Assembly: GCA_002269645.1 (NCBI GenBank)
Contig: NIVC01004371.1
Location: 1-48,166, forward strand
Length of the DNA stretch: 48,166 bases
DNA from: Macrostomum lignano
Taxonomy: Eukaryota
Direction of reading: 5' to 3'
Both the position numbers and the translations under genes were made by a program. This document shows positions 30,724-43,279 of this stretch, in pieces. Position 1 is the stretch's first letter; each line of letters starts with the position of its first letter. Below the pieces are notes generated by a model that saw only the letters and a list, made by a program, of their open reading frames with translations, made no database searches and was not told the origin of the DNA.

Positions 30724-31313
30724 AGACTATTACTGTCACTGTTACTGTTACTGTTACTCCTCTGACTCTATTTTGCATCCCTTTTGGCCATAGACTGAGA
30801 CATCATTTTCTGGCATGTCATTATGTTGATGCACCATTACAAACTCAAAACTAGGCCCTAATATCACAAAACAAACTGGAAGATTGCCAAAGTTGTAATT
30901 ATTGAATGGCAATAGCCAAGCAAGAAAGTGAAAATTGTGCAAATTGAGGCTGTTAAAGCAGTCAAACAATTAACAATGTTAAATAGCTATAGGCCTACTG
31001 CTTTTTTTTCTTGGAAGATCTAAACCAATTCTGGTTCTGAAATTGGTATTGGTAATGTGAAAAGCCTCTTGCTCTTAATATTTGTTTTTATTTTTTTATT
31101 TTACAAATTTAGCCTAGGCAAACTATGAAATAGGCTCTAAAATAAAACCTCCCAATTCAAATAGGTCTTAAAAAGAAAACTAGGCATATGACGTCCATAT
31201 ATTAAGAACACTTGACTTTTAACACTTTATTTAAGTTGAAATTAAAATAAAGTACGCGCTAACTTCTTCGAAAGAGGCTGTAAGCCAATTGGTCCAGCTC
31301 AGTATTTCTCATT

Positions 31314-31573
31314 GGGCCTTTTCATATTACCAATTCCAGAACCAGAATCGGTTCGGAATTCCAAGAAAAACAGCAGTATAACTATTAAACTCTGTTAATA
31401 TTTGACTGCCTTAACAACCTAACTTAGCACAATTTTTTACTTTCTTTTTGGCGATTGTCATTCAATAATAAAAACTTTATAGCACGTATCTCCCTCTAGT
31501 TATGGAGACAAAAAGTTTTACTTCACAAATTGGTTCTGGTTCTGGTACCAGAACAAGCAATATGAAAAGGCCC
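31314..31573. mobile_element. MITE (PIF/Harbinger-like), 260 bp
   Basis: Perfect 15-bp TIR GGGCCTTTTCATATT / AATATGAAAAGGCCC flanked by ATT on both sides. A related end is at 31025-31067. Confidence 0.6.
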
Positions 31574-32110
31574 ATTCATTCGCGTACACAAAACGTATTG
31601 ACCGCTTCCGAAGCCGAGAAAAACGTGTCCTATAAGCCTACGTGTGATTGTGACACTGATGTCCAGCTCATAGCTGAGGCTTCCGAAAGGCTCCGAGGCA
31701 TAGGCCAAATTTCAAAAAAGGCCGGACACACGTCAAAAAATGGCCACGTATAACAATGTTTCAATTTTGTACATGCACAGCATAGTCACCGTGTAGATGA
31801 AACAAAAAATGCGCGAAAAAATCTATAAAAACTTTTAGTAAAAGTTAAAAGCGAATGTTTTATTCCACGCAACAAATGCATATGCTTTTGCATTTCAAAT
31901 ACAATGTCAGCTGTCCCGCCATTCAACTCAAACATTGTTTGTTAACTATTGATAAAATAAAATACTGTAATATTATAGGCCTATCTATCATCTATTTGCC
32001 AAAGCTAGGCCTACTCTTTGCCAAGACTACTTTTGATAAAACTACCTAGGGCAAAAAGTCTGTCAAGATCATGCAAGATGTGTTAGAAGGCAGAAGCTAT
32101 CCTACAATAC

Positions 32111-32237
32111 AATATTTGGGTATCTTCAAGTTTCGTTCGTTTAATTCCAACACCCACCCCCCCCACCACCCTTGAATAGAGGGCGAAATAATTCCGGAAA
32201 TAATTAAACGAACGAAACTTGAAGATTGCCCAATATT
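32111..32237. repeat. Short inverted repeat / MITE-like hairpin
   Basis: About 36-bp arms, AATATTTGGGTATCTTCAAGTTTCGTTCGTTTAATT and a near reverse complement. Confidence 0.65.
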
Positions 32238-32427
32238 TTTATATGCTATGCCAGGCCTATATGCTATATTTTATACTCTATATGCTACTGGGTTAGGTAT
32301 GCTAGGAAAAAAGCATTTTTGTACAAATTTACTAATTCAAAATGTAGGCCTACTCATAACTTTAAATTTCTAAAAAACTATTATGTTTCAATTCTATAAA
32401 AATATTTTTATATAGTAGTGGCTCAAC

Positions 32428-35400
32428 CATAGACCAATAAGTATAATAACTAAACTGCGCATGTGGGGCAACAAATGTGTGCCTCTTTCCAAGTAGGAAA
32501 AATGGCATCCCAGCTCCCACAGTCCTACCCCCTCACAATTTTTGGCTTCCTTTCTCTTCCTACCTTTGTCATTGGGCCCGCTGAATTAATTGTTGCCTTT
32601 TGCCATGGAACATGGATTGCTAACCATTTAACCAACTTTATGTGCAACTAGCAATTTAACAGTTTAAATCTAATATTATTTTTTTATTTATTAAAAACTA
32701 AAAAACCATACAAAAACACTTGCAGACAAAATGAGACCTTTTTGTTGTTGCTGATAGCATAGAAGCAGTAATAAAAGTAAATAAATAGCTCACCTGGTTT
32801 CAAATATACTAGGCCTATAGATTAAGAAATATTGCTGCTCAAAGTAGTCTCTGCCTCCTTCCTAGTCTTCTTCCTGCGCAAGAAAGTTCTTTAGCTAGTT
32901 TTTTCATTCTGATCTTTATAAAGAGCTCAGCCATGACTTGAATTAAATGGAGCTTGTGCGACTCAATGCCGCTGCTTGCAGATGCTAAATGTGAGTCAAG
33001 CTCAAGGAACAGATTGCTCAACATGCGTAGTCTCGTGAACTGCTACGTCACTGGAGAATTGGCTATTATAGTTGACACGTCGAATAACAGACTCAGTACT
33101 GAGTAGCACACAGAAGACATCGCTGCTAGGAAAAATCAAGCCGCCAGTCAAAGCTGCCTTGCATGGAGCACATTTGACAACTTTCAACATGCTTTGCACA
33201 ATTGCTCTGGCAATATAGTACACAATAGACTGGCAAATCTCACAATTAGATGCATTCATACAATGCTAGATGTGAAACAAAAAATTATATGGGTTTTTCC
33301 CATATTATCGTTTCCTTCTGCCAACAGTTCAGGAAGACAACGAACAATGGACCTCGATAGTAACTTTCTCTGTGTGATCTCTAGAGTCACATTCTCAAAC
33401 TTCAGGCGAGGATCTTTCCTCTTCAATCAGTATATTTTAAAAGCTAGCACACTGTACGCGAGCAACGAGGAATAGGAGCAGTAGGGAGAGAGAGTGGGAT
33501 TTCGAGGCCCAATAGGCAGTGTCGGTCAGAGGTTGTGCATGCATCACGTGAGGGTCGCATGGCTGGGCTTCTTGCTCACCAATCATCAGGACTATTTTTA
33601 GGCATGCAGATCTTGTGCATCTAGGGAGTTGCTACCAAGGCTGGATGCTTGTTCACGCATCACGCGCGTGTTGGCTGATTTCTCCCATACTCTTGCTAAC
33701 GGCGCCTTTGTTTCACTTCAGATGGATTCAAGACTCAGTCCCATATCATTCTAAACTTTCATCTTCCACTGCTTCTGTGCTGATTCAGCTTATGATGGTA
33801 GGCATGACAAGGACAGTTGAATGGTGGCATCCTGCTGCTTCACATTCGGGCTGACAGACTGGAGAATCCCATCTCCAGCATGCACCAGCAGCTGCCTAAA
33901 TGCTGAGCAAAACTGCTTTGGTATCAAGTTGTGGTTCCAGCCATTTTGAAGCCTGACTGCATTAAAGAATAGTTCTAGAAAGTCCTGAGATAGCTTGTAA
34001 GTGCAAAGAAAAAAATAATTAGCCAGTTGAAAATAAATACTTGGCAAGTGCAATAATGGCATGGCAATTGGTGATGAAGCCTAAAAATCCTGTCTTCTTT
34101 GCAGTGTCAACAATTTTGCATCTAGCTGGAGTTTCTAAGCTCTTGAGAAGCTGGATCGAGTCAGTGAAGAAGTCAATCCAGTCAGACTGGTTGTCAGCTC
34201 TTAGGGCCATTTTAGCCCCATAATTTACCAGTCGCTTCGAGTTGAACGCATTGAACAGATCATTCATGTGCTCAATAAAATCTGCTGTCACTAATACATT
34301 GGAATGATCAAATCCTACCAAGCCTTGCTTGTGCACCTGTCGTAATGAGTCAGCCACCGACTTACTAAAAAGTTGTGACGCCAAATAAACTTTCATCTTT
34401 AAATTAGCAAAGTTAATGTGATGCCTGCTCAGCTTATTGCCCAGTCTGTGTCCATGGCTCTCCTGTACTTGCTACAACATGCACACATATTTTGAATCAA
34501 TATTTCCTTTGTCTGTCCAAACAAATGTTCCCAGGGACTGCCACTGGTTTTGAATCAGCTTCAACATGTGCGGCACATCCAAGAAGGCTAAAACCTGAAT
34601 GCTAGGATCATAGGGGTGTGGGAAAAAGGCAACTATCTCATTGGGAGAGCTTATTCTGGCACCAAGAAGCTTGATTGCTTGAATATTGTTCTGAGTGCCA
34701 TCGCATGTAAATGATGAGGCAATAACGCCAACTTGGTAGAGCCGCTGGATTGATTCCTCTACAACACTTAAAAGAAATTCGCCATCAACTCTGCTCACTA
34801 GAAAATATTCTAAAGGTAGCTTCCAATAGCTCTTGAGACCCACTGCCATCACTACCAATGCTGAAGTTGCATCCTGATCAGTTGACTTACCATTGCCTTT
34901 GTCAACATAGCCAAAGAACCTGCCTTCATTTGAATTCCACTCAACCATCACTTCCAGTGACATTTCACTGACATTCCAGTGACTAAAACATTGCAGTAGT
35001 CAAAGGATTGGTCATCATTGGAGCTGCGTCACCAAGAAAGTTGTTGAAAGGCTTGGTCACAAAATCCTGGAAAGCATTTCGCATTTGAGAGCCATCTTCA
35101 AAGCAAAGCTAGATGCGGAAGCTGAAAGTACTGTCTCATATACGCATAGGCCTTCGGGCTGTGAAAGTGCAATATGGAGGCGAATTTCTGCACTTCGTGG
35201 GAGAATATTCTTGTCCTCTTAGTAATCTTGCTTGGCAAAATGCTGCTAAGCAGTGAATCGGAAATCAAGAAGTTCAGCCGAGATTCAGCAGCTTCATTCA
35301 AAACACATTTGGCCCTTAACTCTCGAATCACATCTTTCAGGGTCTTGGCTCTTTGTTTAATTTGCCTATGCTTTGAGCGCACTGATCAAATTTTGCGGTA

Positions 35401-36558
35401 CTTGTTATGGAGCAACCGCCTTAAGATTTCAACAGCCTTTGCACTTTTCTTGAACCAGCTATGAGTAGATAGAAGCCTTCTGTATCTGCGCCAAAGATTT
35501 TTAAGTGCTCTTACCTTCTTGTTGAATTCTTCTCTGGGCACGCAGTTAACACGCCCTTAACTCTCGAATCACATCTTTCAGGGTCTTGGCTCTTTGTTTA
35601 ATTTGCCTATGCTTTGAGCGCACTGATCAAATTTTGCGGTACTTGTTATGGAGCAACCGCCTTAAGATTTCAACAGCCTTTGCACTTTTCTTGAACCAGC
35701 TATGAGTAGATAGAAGCCTTCTGTATCTGCGCCAAAGATTTTAAAGTGCTCTTACCTTCTTGTTGAATTCTTCTCTGGGCACGCAGTTAACATGGATGTC
35801 CGGTCCAGGATCTTCATCTTCCTTGGCAGCCACTGGAGCTTCCGGCTCGCTGCTCTCTATTGATTTACAAAATGCAGCGAAATCAACTTTGTGAGCTGCG
35901 GCTGCAGTGGCAGTCTTCCATTTCTTCTCAGCTTTTGGCTGCAGATGGTCAGGGAACGTTGGGAAGATAGAAGGAATGACATTTGGATATAGCTGTCTTT
36001 TGACGCTAGGCAAAAAGCCTGCAAATTGCTCTTTAAAGCAAGATTCCTCAAAATGCATTGAGCAGACTTGCGTGGATGGCGATGGCTCAAAATATTTTTT
36101 CTCAATGCTATCAGCCACTTTTTCCTCATTTCCTTGTCTTTTGGAAAAGTATAAAAGGACACTCCCACCAAAGACATTGCTGAGTTGTTCGAGCAGCCAG
36201 CAGTGCAGCAAAAGCTGCCGTAATTTCCTTTTCTTTTCCTCGGAAATTTAAAAAAAAGATTCAGGTTGTTCTTCCACTTCGTTTTTAAGAAATTATTAAT
36301 TTTTTAATAACTTTGCTTAGCTGTTTGAAGTTAGTATAGCATTGTTATTGTGGTCCCCAAGCCGCATTAATATACATGTTAATTTAAAAAAGGGCAAAGT
36401 GCAGACAGCTAAAGAAGGGCCAGTCTTCCCCAAGCCAAAAATATCAATCGTTTTGGGCTGGGGTAGAGAGGACCATTTTTTGCTTTGTCATTTTGTCAAA
36501 AAACAAGCCCAGGCAAGCAATGCTAGATGCGCAGTCTAGTTATACTTATTGGTCTGTG
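32428..36558 (-). mobile_element. Decayed P-element (THAP + THAP9-like transposase), 4,131 bp
   Basis: TIRs CA(T/C)AGACCAATAAGTATAAC..ACTGCGCAT; 8-bp TSD GGCTCAAC at 32420-32427 and 36559-36566. THAP motifs (CxxxGCSN..FYTFPKD..W..VCSMHF..VIPSIF). Transposase fragments with SPKAY, CDG, DVPHMLK, MKVYLASQLFS and SQDFLE, broken by frameshifts and stops. Confidence 0.9.
35312..35793. repeat. 241-bp tandem duplication inside the P transposase
   Basis: GCCCTTAACTCTCG starts at both 35312 and 35553; the copies are near-identical. Confidence 0.92.
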
Positions 36559-37614
36559 GGCTCAACATTCAATGACAATAGTATATCCAATTTTTTTGTC
36601 ATAGGATTTCTGCACTATCTCTAAATTATTTACAACTTTAATATCAATTTGAAAATTTGTCCAAATATGTGCCAGAAATTAAATATTAAAATGTATAATA
36701 TTATCTTAAAAAATAGCTTTAAAAATAATATGCCTTTTAGAAAAACCTAATATTCTAAAAACTATTACAATGATTTAATATTCATATTCATAAATTTTTT
36801 CTTCAAAAGGTAGCTAAACAATTTAACTTAATGAGTTATTGATGTAGTAGGCTAGGCTTAGTTTAAATATAGGCTATAGCTATCTTCTATTTATATAGCT
36901 ATTGATTTTTTGCTAGGCTTATAGACTTCTAAACTGTATAACCAAATTATAGCAAATTTTGTATCCACTTGTAAAGACAATTACGCTAACCTTTATTGTT
37001 TGCCTCTCTATTTATCTGGCCTAAGTATAAAAAAGGTTTAAAATTGACTAACTTTTGGTTGCTATAAGTTTGATCTATATAAAACAATTTACTTTAAACT
37101 TGACACAATTATTTATTGACTTTTTTCTATCTAAATATAATTTTTAACTATAATTAAAAAGCATATAAAGTTTGACTGTTTTCCTAGTATTTATGCCACT
37201 TACCTACTCATTTCTCCAGACCAACAGTCAGGCAATAAGGCTGAGTATAACTAGAAATGTACAGTATTCTTGAATAACTTTTTTGCTTTCTGTGTATAGT
37301 AGGCTATAGATACTAGAATAGCTATGACACTTACCACACTTTAGTCAAAAAATATAATCTACAGTCTATTTAAGGAAAGAGGATAAGGAAGGTAGCAATA
37401 AATATATTGGCAAATGTCAAAAAAGGCCAGAGGAGAGAAAAGAGAGGAGAAAGGAGAGATAAGAGTAGAGAGGAGATAACAAAGAAGAAAGACAAGAGTA
37501 GAAAGGAGCAAGAAAAGAAGAATGATGAGAAAGTATAGAGGAGTAAGAAGAGGGAGAGAAAAGAGATAAGAGAGTAGAGACAAACAATAACAGAATACGC
37601 AGTTAGCATCACGC

Positions 37615-38438
37615 GGCGTGTGCCACGTCAACTTGTTGCTTGAGCACTCTGTCAGCGTCCAGGTTTCGGCGTTGTACAGCAGGATGGTCTCAATCACTGC
37701 CTAGAACAATGCTGCCCTCTGGCGGTCAGGTAAGGCCTCGGACTGCAGGACTGCCCTCACAGAATGGTGACGCCGCAAATCCTCGTGTATGCCAGGAACC
37801 AGACCGCCGAGGTAGACGAACTGCTGACAATGCGGAAGCTCTGTTGCCTGTCCATCAGCGACTTGGCACAAAATTGCAGCCTCGATGTCGTCTGGCACGC
37901 AGAGCACAACAGTCTTCTGCGTGTTGACCACCAGGCCGACACTCGCCGCAACAGTAACTAGCTTGTCCAGTGATGCAGATCCTGGCTCTTTGGAAAGTCA
38001 TCGAGGAAGCACAGATACGCCAGTCGATCCTGATTGTTATCTTCATAGATTTCAAGAAGGCATTCGACTCGGTCGTCAGGTCTGCGCTCCCAAAGGTGCT
38101 CCGTGCGTACAACAACGTGCCAGAGCAGCTGATTTCCACCATCATGTCTATGTACCGTGATACGAAAGCTGCTGTTTCAACACCGGACGGCCTATCGGAC
38201 TTCTTTGACACATCCTTCGGGGTGCTTCAGGGAGATACACTTGCGCCGTTCCTGTTCGTTCTGGTGCTTGACTGAGTGCTGCAGACAACTCTTCCTACCA
38301 ACAACGGCGGCTTTCTGTTGCGGCAACGCGTGAGTCGACGTCAACTGGAAAGGCGGCCGAGTGGGCCTGGCTATGCCGACGATCTCGCCCTGCTGTCCTC
38401 AACTGTCGTGGGCGCTTAGCAACAACTGGACAAGCTAG
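37615..38438. mobile_element. RTE-like non-LTR retrotransposon RT fragment with internal inversion
   Basis: Plus strand 37971-38438: FIDFKKAFDSV, GVLQGDTLAP, YADD (frameshifted). Minus strand 37970-37615: VGLVVNTQKT, FVYLG, ETILLYNAETW. Confidence 0.85.
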
Positions 38439-39099
38439 AGGCAAAGAGGAGAGAGAAAAAATGAGAGGGAGAAAAGAGGGCACCCCAATTTCAAGCATTG
38501 ACACAGTGAAAGGACACATGAAAGTTAATTTGGTAAATTTTTCATTAAGGCAAGTAGAGTAAAGTTTTCTCGCGCATGTTGCTATCAATATTTAAAGGCA
38601 ATAATGCCAGGAAGGAAAAGTCAATAAGAAGAGAAAGAAATAAAATATTGTAAGTACATAAAACAGTATGCAAGCCAAGTACATGTACAATAGAAGTCAG
38701 GGACTCAAAGAAGTATAAATTGATGGCTTAAAGTAGAATACAATAGTACACACATCTTACAAACCCTGAGCAGAGAAATGTTGCATAGAAAGAGTTCCAG
38801 TGCAACACACATGGGGCCAGAGTCAACAAAAAAGTGCACACAATAGCAGAGCAGCAAAAAAATCATTAAGTACTGGTAAAAGGAGCAAAAATAATATCAA
38901 ACTAATTGGCATGTTTGAGCTGGCTATGGCAGAGCAGCTCCGGGGGATGCTGCCCTTGGTGTAGGCAGGCAGCACCAGGGCCTCAGTGTTGTTCTAGCCA
39001 GTCCCTCACCATGTCAACCAGGGCATTGGAGTCACACAATGAAGCAAAATCAGCGAGATGGCCGATTGTGCAGCATGCTAGCCAGCTTGTTTTGCACTA

Positions 39100-40310
39100 T
39101 CCAAGAATTAGGTTGTCAAGACATTGATCAGCTTGGCTTCTTGGCACTGACACTGTCTTTGGCCTTTGGTCCTGAGCCGTCCTGAGTCCACATGCCAGTG
39201 AAAGCAAAGCCTGCCAGACTGTGGCCATTGCTGGTAAAGTGGTAGACGACCAGAGTGTTGCGGAAGTGCCAGATGTAACCAATGTGTATCAGCATGTGGC
39301 CACGGATGCTGTTGGTTGTCTTGCCAACAGACCATATGATTGCACCAGCAGCAGAATATAGCTGCAATGAATCCTCTGATAATTAGTTGAACCAATTTGG
39401 CAGCTAATCCAGATTCCAGGGCAGATGGAGGTGAACCTGGTGACTGGCGTGTGCTTGCAGAGCCAGGCCAGGTTGCACGGCAAAAAGTCAAATTCCCACC
39501 TAGCTGGATAGAAGCCCAGCTTAGTCAGCACATCATACTTGATGGTATGGAGGAAATGCTGGCTATAGCTTTGGTGCTATACCAGATTCGATATCATCCC
39601 TTTTCACTTTTTGCCATGGCACTGCATGCATCACCATTTGAGGCTACCTACCGACTTTGACTGATACTGATTTTCCACCGCGAGACTGTTGTCACTGTCA
39701 TCATTGTTGTCAACTTCCTCTGGATTTGCTTCTTTGTCATTACGAGCTAATATACTGTTTCTTGCACTTGAAAACGACGGAAATTGCAGTGGCACCATTG
39801 TCGTCATTTTGATCCTCACAGTCTTCTTCCACTTCTTCCTCATCAATGCGCTGCCACTTGCATTTACGAACCACCAAAACTGCATTTGGATGTGCAGTAG
39901 AAGTGTTGAAGAGTTCATCAAAATCTTTGCGCCTGTCGCATCACTCGCATAGTTGGGCTATTTTTTGTCAACAAATTTGCCAACAAAGCGGAGCTCCTTT
40001 AAATGGCAATTAAGCCTTGGTCACCAGAAGCTTGAGCTGCCGGTAAGAGACCAGTCCTTGAGACTGGGATAAAATGTTATTTCAGCTGTACAAACATCTG
40101 TGAGTTGGCTTGGCAACAAGTAGGGCTCTTTTGGCGACAGATAACTAGAGCCGATGTTGTTAACGATAAACTTTGAAAAATTGTTTATGAATGTTGTGTT
40201 TAATTTGAAGTCTGAACCCTTTTTGGGGTGCCTTTGCGGATCTTGAAGGGCCTCATATAGATCGTTCATTTGAGGAAGTGAGTAATACTGAACTGTGGCT
40301 GGCAACAATC
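39100..40310 (-). pseudogene. Heavily decayed transposase-like relic, possibly MULE/NOF-FB type
   Basis: Scattered DATG, AMAKSE, xDF and RIHCSYILL motifs in changing frames; weak. Confidence 0.3.
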
Positions 40311-40811
40311 AAGGCAGGGGCAGCCTTTGCATACTTCTTCTCAAGTGTACTGTGTGCACATTCATTATGTGGCTGTGACCCAGTGCTACAACAGTGCATT
40401 ATTGTATCTGCTGCACTGTAGTCCATACTTGTAACAAGTTGCTTTGCCTTGTCATTCTCCGACTCCAGGGTCCAGATAGCACTAGTTTAGGTACCTAGGT
40501 ACTACTGAATGTCCATGCCATCGAATACCTGAACTAGTGCATGCAGTGTTGGCCAATTGATCAACTTTTGCTTCTACTTTTGCTTCTACTATCAACTTCA
40601 GCTACCCACTCTTAAGCAACGCACATCAAAGAAATAAATAAATATTCAGTACATTCTGAATATGGTAGTGGCATTCATTACCAAGATACCCACTCCACTT
40701 CATGGAACAATACTTCAATCTAGCGAACTTTATTTTTCTGATCATGCAAAGAAATGTTTAAAACTGATATAATGTAGAGTTGATATAATTAAACAATTTA
40801 TTTTCGAACTC

Positions 40812-41775
40812 ATGATGTTGCTTCAGGCTGCAGCGCCAATAGCGATTCAGCTGCGCCGTCATCTCACTTGCACGGTGCTTGGCCGGCCAATCTACTATGA
40901 GCAGGTTGGCACCGGACCGCGCCGAGTCCTCCTGCTCCCCGGCGCTCTTGGCAGCTGCGCTACCGATTTTCAGCCTCAGCTGAAGGGCCTGAATCGTGAA
41001 AAATACACTGTTGTGTGCTGGGACCCGCCAGGCTACGGCCACAGCCGCCCACCGGAGCGAGACTGGTCAGAAAAAGGTGGCGAGTTCCTTCACTCAGATG
41101 CTGAGCACGCTTTGTCGCTGATGAAGCAGCTGGGTCTGGCTCCATTCGCGGCAGTTGGCTGGTCCGACGGCGGCAACACGGCCATGCTGACAGCTCTGCT
41201 CGGCAGCCCGTCAACTGTGGACCGGCTGGTGTTGTTCGGCTGCAACTCCTACGTGTCGCCCGAAGACGTCAAGCGGACCGAAGCGATTCGCGACCTGTCC
41301 AAGTGGAGCGACAGAATGCGCGGCCCATTCGAGGCTGTCTATGGGCCGGACCGGTTCCGCAGCTTGTGGGAAGAATGGTGCAAAGCCTATTTAGGTTATC
41401 CCAATGGGGGCGACATTTGCAGTCAACGCTTGGCAGAAATTCGCGTCCCAACTTTGGTTGTGCACGGCGCAGGGGATCCTGTGGTGAGTTTGGCGTCTCT
41501 TAGTCTGCTTGTGATATGGGTTCCGTTAGGCAGGATGCCTAGACAAAGGCAGTAAGACAAGAATCCTAGGCGGAGGCCGGAGTTTCTTATATTTTACGCA
41601 GTACCTCAGGTAGCATGGAAATGCCAAATTACAGGTGGACCCGATTCACCACAAGTTTCTGCACTCTAACATTGCCGGGTCTCGGCTGGTTGTTTGGCAG
41701 GACGCCAAGCACAATTTGCACCTTCGGCATCCAGACAGGTTCAACAAACTACTGGAGGAATTCCTTGACGAGTGA
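40812..41775 (+). CDS. BPHL: Valacyclovir hydrolase / biphenyl hydrolase-like alpha/beta hydrolase; exons 40812-41483 and 41635-41775
   Basis: LLLPGALG, WDPPGYGHSRPP, GWSDGG (Ser), HGAGDPV|V (Asp), KHNLHLR (His); in-frame GTGAGT/CAG intron; N-terminus resembles a mitochondrial presequence. Confidence 0.92.
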
Positions 41776-42194
41776 TGCAGAACACCGGCACCTGTCGATT
41801 AGGTGAATTTGACTAACCCGAAAAAATTTGGTGTTATCATATTTTCATTCACAGTTCATTCATCTGTCATTGCTAGACTTTTTTATTTAACTATCTTCTA
41901 ATCGCCCGGTTGTAACAGTTAGCTAAACACAAAATTCACTTTCTATTTAGATTCGATCCGAACAACAAAAACGAGCTGCTAGCTAACAATTTCTGTGTAA
42001 ATAAATGCATAAAATTTAAAGAAAGTTTTTTGTTTGTTTAGAAAAGATTGGTTTCTTCAATAACTAACTCTTAATTTATGCAATTCTTGTACCATTTTTG
42101 TATCAAATTCGGGTACATGCGGTTAGCAGTATTAAAGTCTAGATAAACTCACAATTCAATCAATTCAAACAAATGTCAAGCAGACAGCGTCAAA

Positions 42195-42335
42195 ACCCAG
42201 GTTCGATTCCCATGTGCGTGGCCACATTAGTGACTGGCAAGTTTAAATGTGTCAGAAAATTGACCTGGGGCTTGTGCGATTCGCGCCAATTGAAGGCTAA
42301 CCTCCAAGGTACAGAGTGTGTACATGTCTGACATT
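42195..42335 (+). mobile_element. Degenerate tRNA-derived SINE (family 2), copy 2
   Basis: CCCAGGTTCGATTCCC B box; TTGTGCGATTC..AAGGCTAACCTCCAAGGTACAGAGTGTGTACATGTCTGACA. Confidence 0.5.
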
Positions 42336-42413
42336 AGTCGAGCATGCGAGCATTAGTCCCTCGCATCTTTAGTGAAGTATATGCGTATGAAGTATGTAGT
42401 GAAACATGCTTGG

Positions 42414-42555
42414 GCGCAACCTAGGGATTCACCCGGCCGTTTCTTTTGGCAACACACACATTGGACGGAATAGTAGTCACGTGACTGCTCTCAGCCAATA
42501 GCGACTTACATGTGTGTGTTGCCAATAGAAACAGCAGTGATTCCCAAGGTTGCGC
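42414..42555. mobile_element. MITE-like inverted repeat
   Basis: Outer arms GCGCAACCTAGGGATTCAC / GTGATTCCCAAGGTTGCGC; inner arms TTGGCAACACACACA / TGTGTGTGTTGCCAA; central GTCACGTGAC palindrome. Confidence 0.6.
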
Positions 42556-43169
42556 ATGTATGAAAGTTAACAAAGTCTTGAAGTCGTAACTCTACTTAAA
42601 TTTCAGCTTTTTATTAAATTGTTTTTTTTCCCACTCGGACTGGCACTGCCTGCCTATGTTGATATATTTTTAGTAACAATTAGTTAAAATATGAATCAAG
42701 GGTGTACTTTATTAACCATTCGTAATATAGAATAGACAATTTAAAAAGTAATAGAGAAAAGTAGCTGTTTTAATAACATTTCTAAAACAAATTGAAAGTT
42801 ACCGTATCTAAAGTGTTGGAATTAAAGGATAAACAGTAAGTAAACACGGGAGTGCAGTATTGCAGTTATGTGGAATGTACACGAGAGCTTCTAGAATTCA
42901 AACGTGTAAAGAAATGAGTTGAAAAAATTGCCACTAAAACAAGACTAGAGAATGTAGAAATTTAATAAACTACACAGAGATATATTGCCTTTAATGTTGC
43001 CAATGCATTTGACGATAAAACTAGGTTAAAAAGATAAAAAAGACAATAAAGTGGAGATTGCACAAAAAAGCAGAACAGATTCCTATGGAATCGAAGCCAA
43101 ATTGTTAATTAATGTTAAATTATGAACAACTCAGCTGGATTTCGTACTCAATCTTGCCGTAGCGAGAGC

Positions 43170-43239
43170 TCACATCACGTACCGAGGATCTTCTGCAGCA
43201 GTGCTGTCAAATCCCATTGGCAGGCTGCCAGGAAATAGT

Positions 43240-43279
<40 letters not shown>

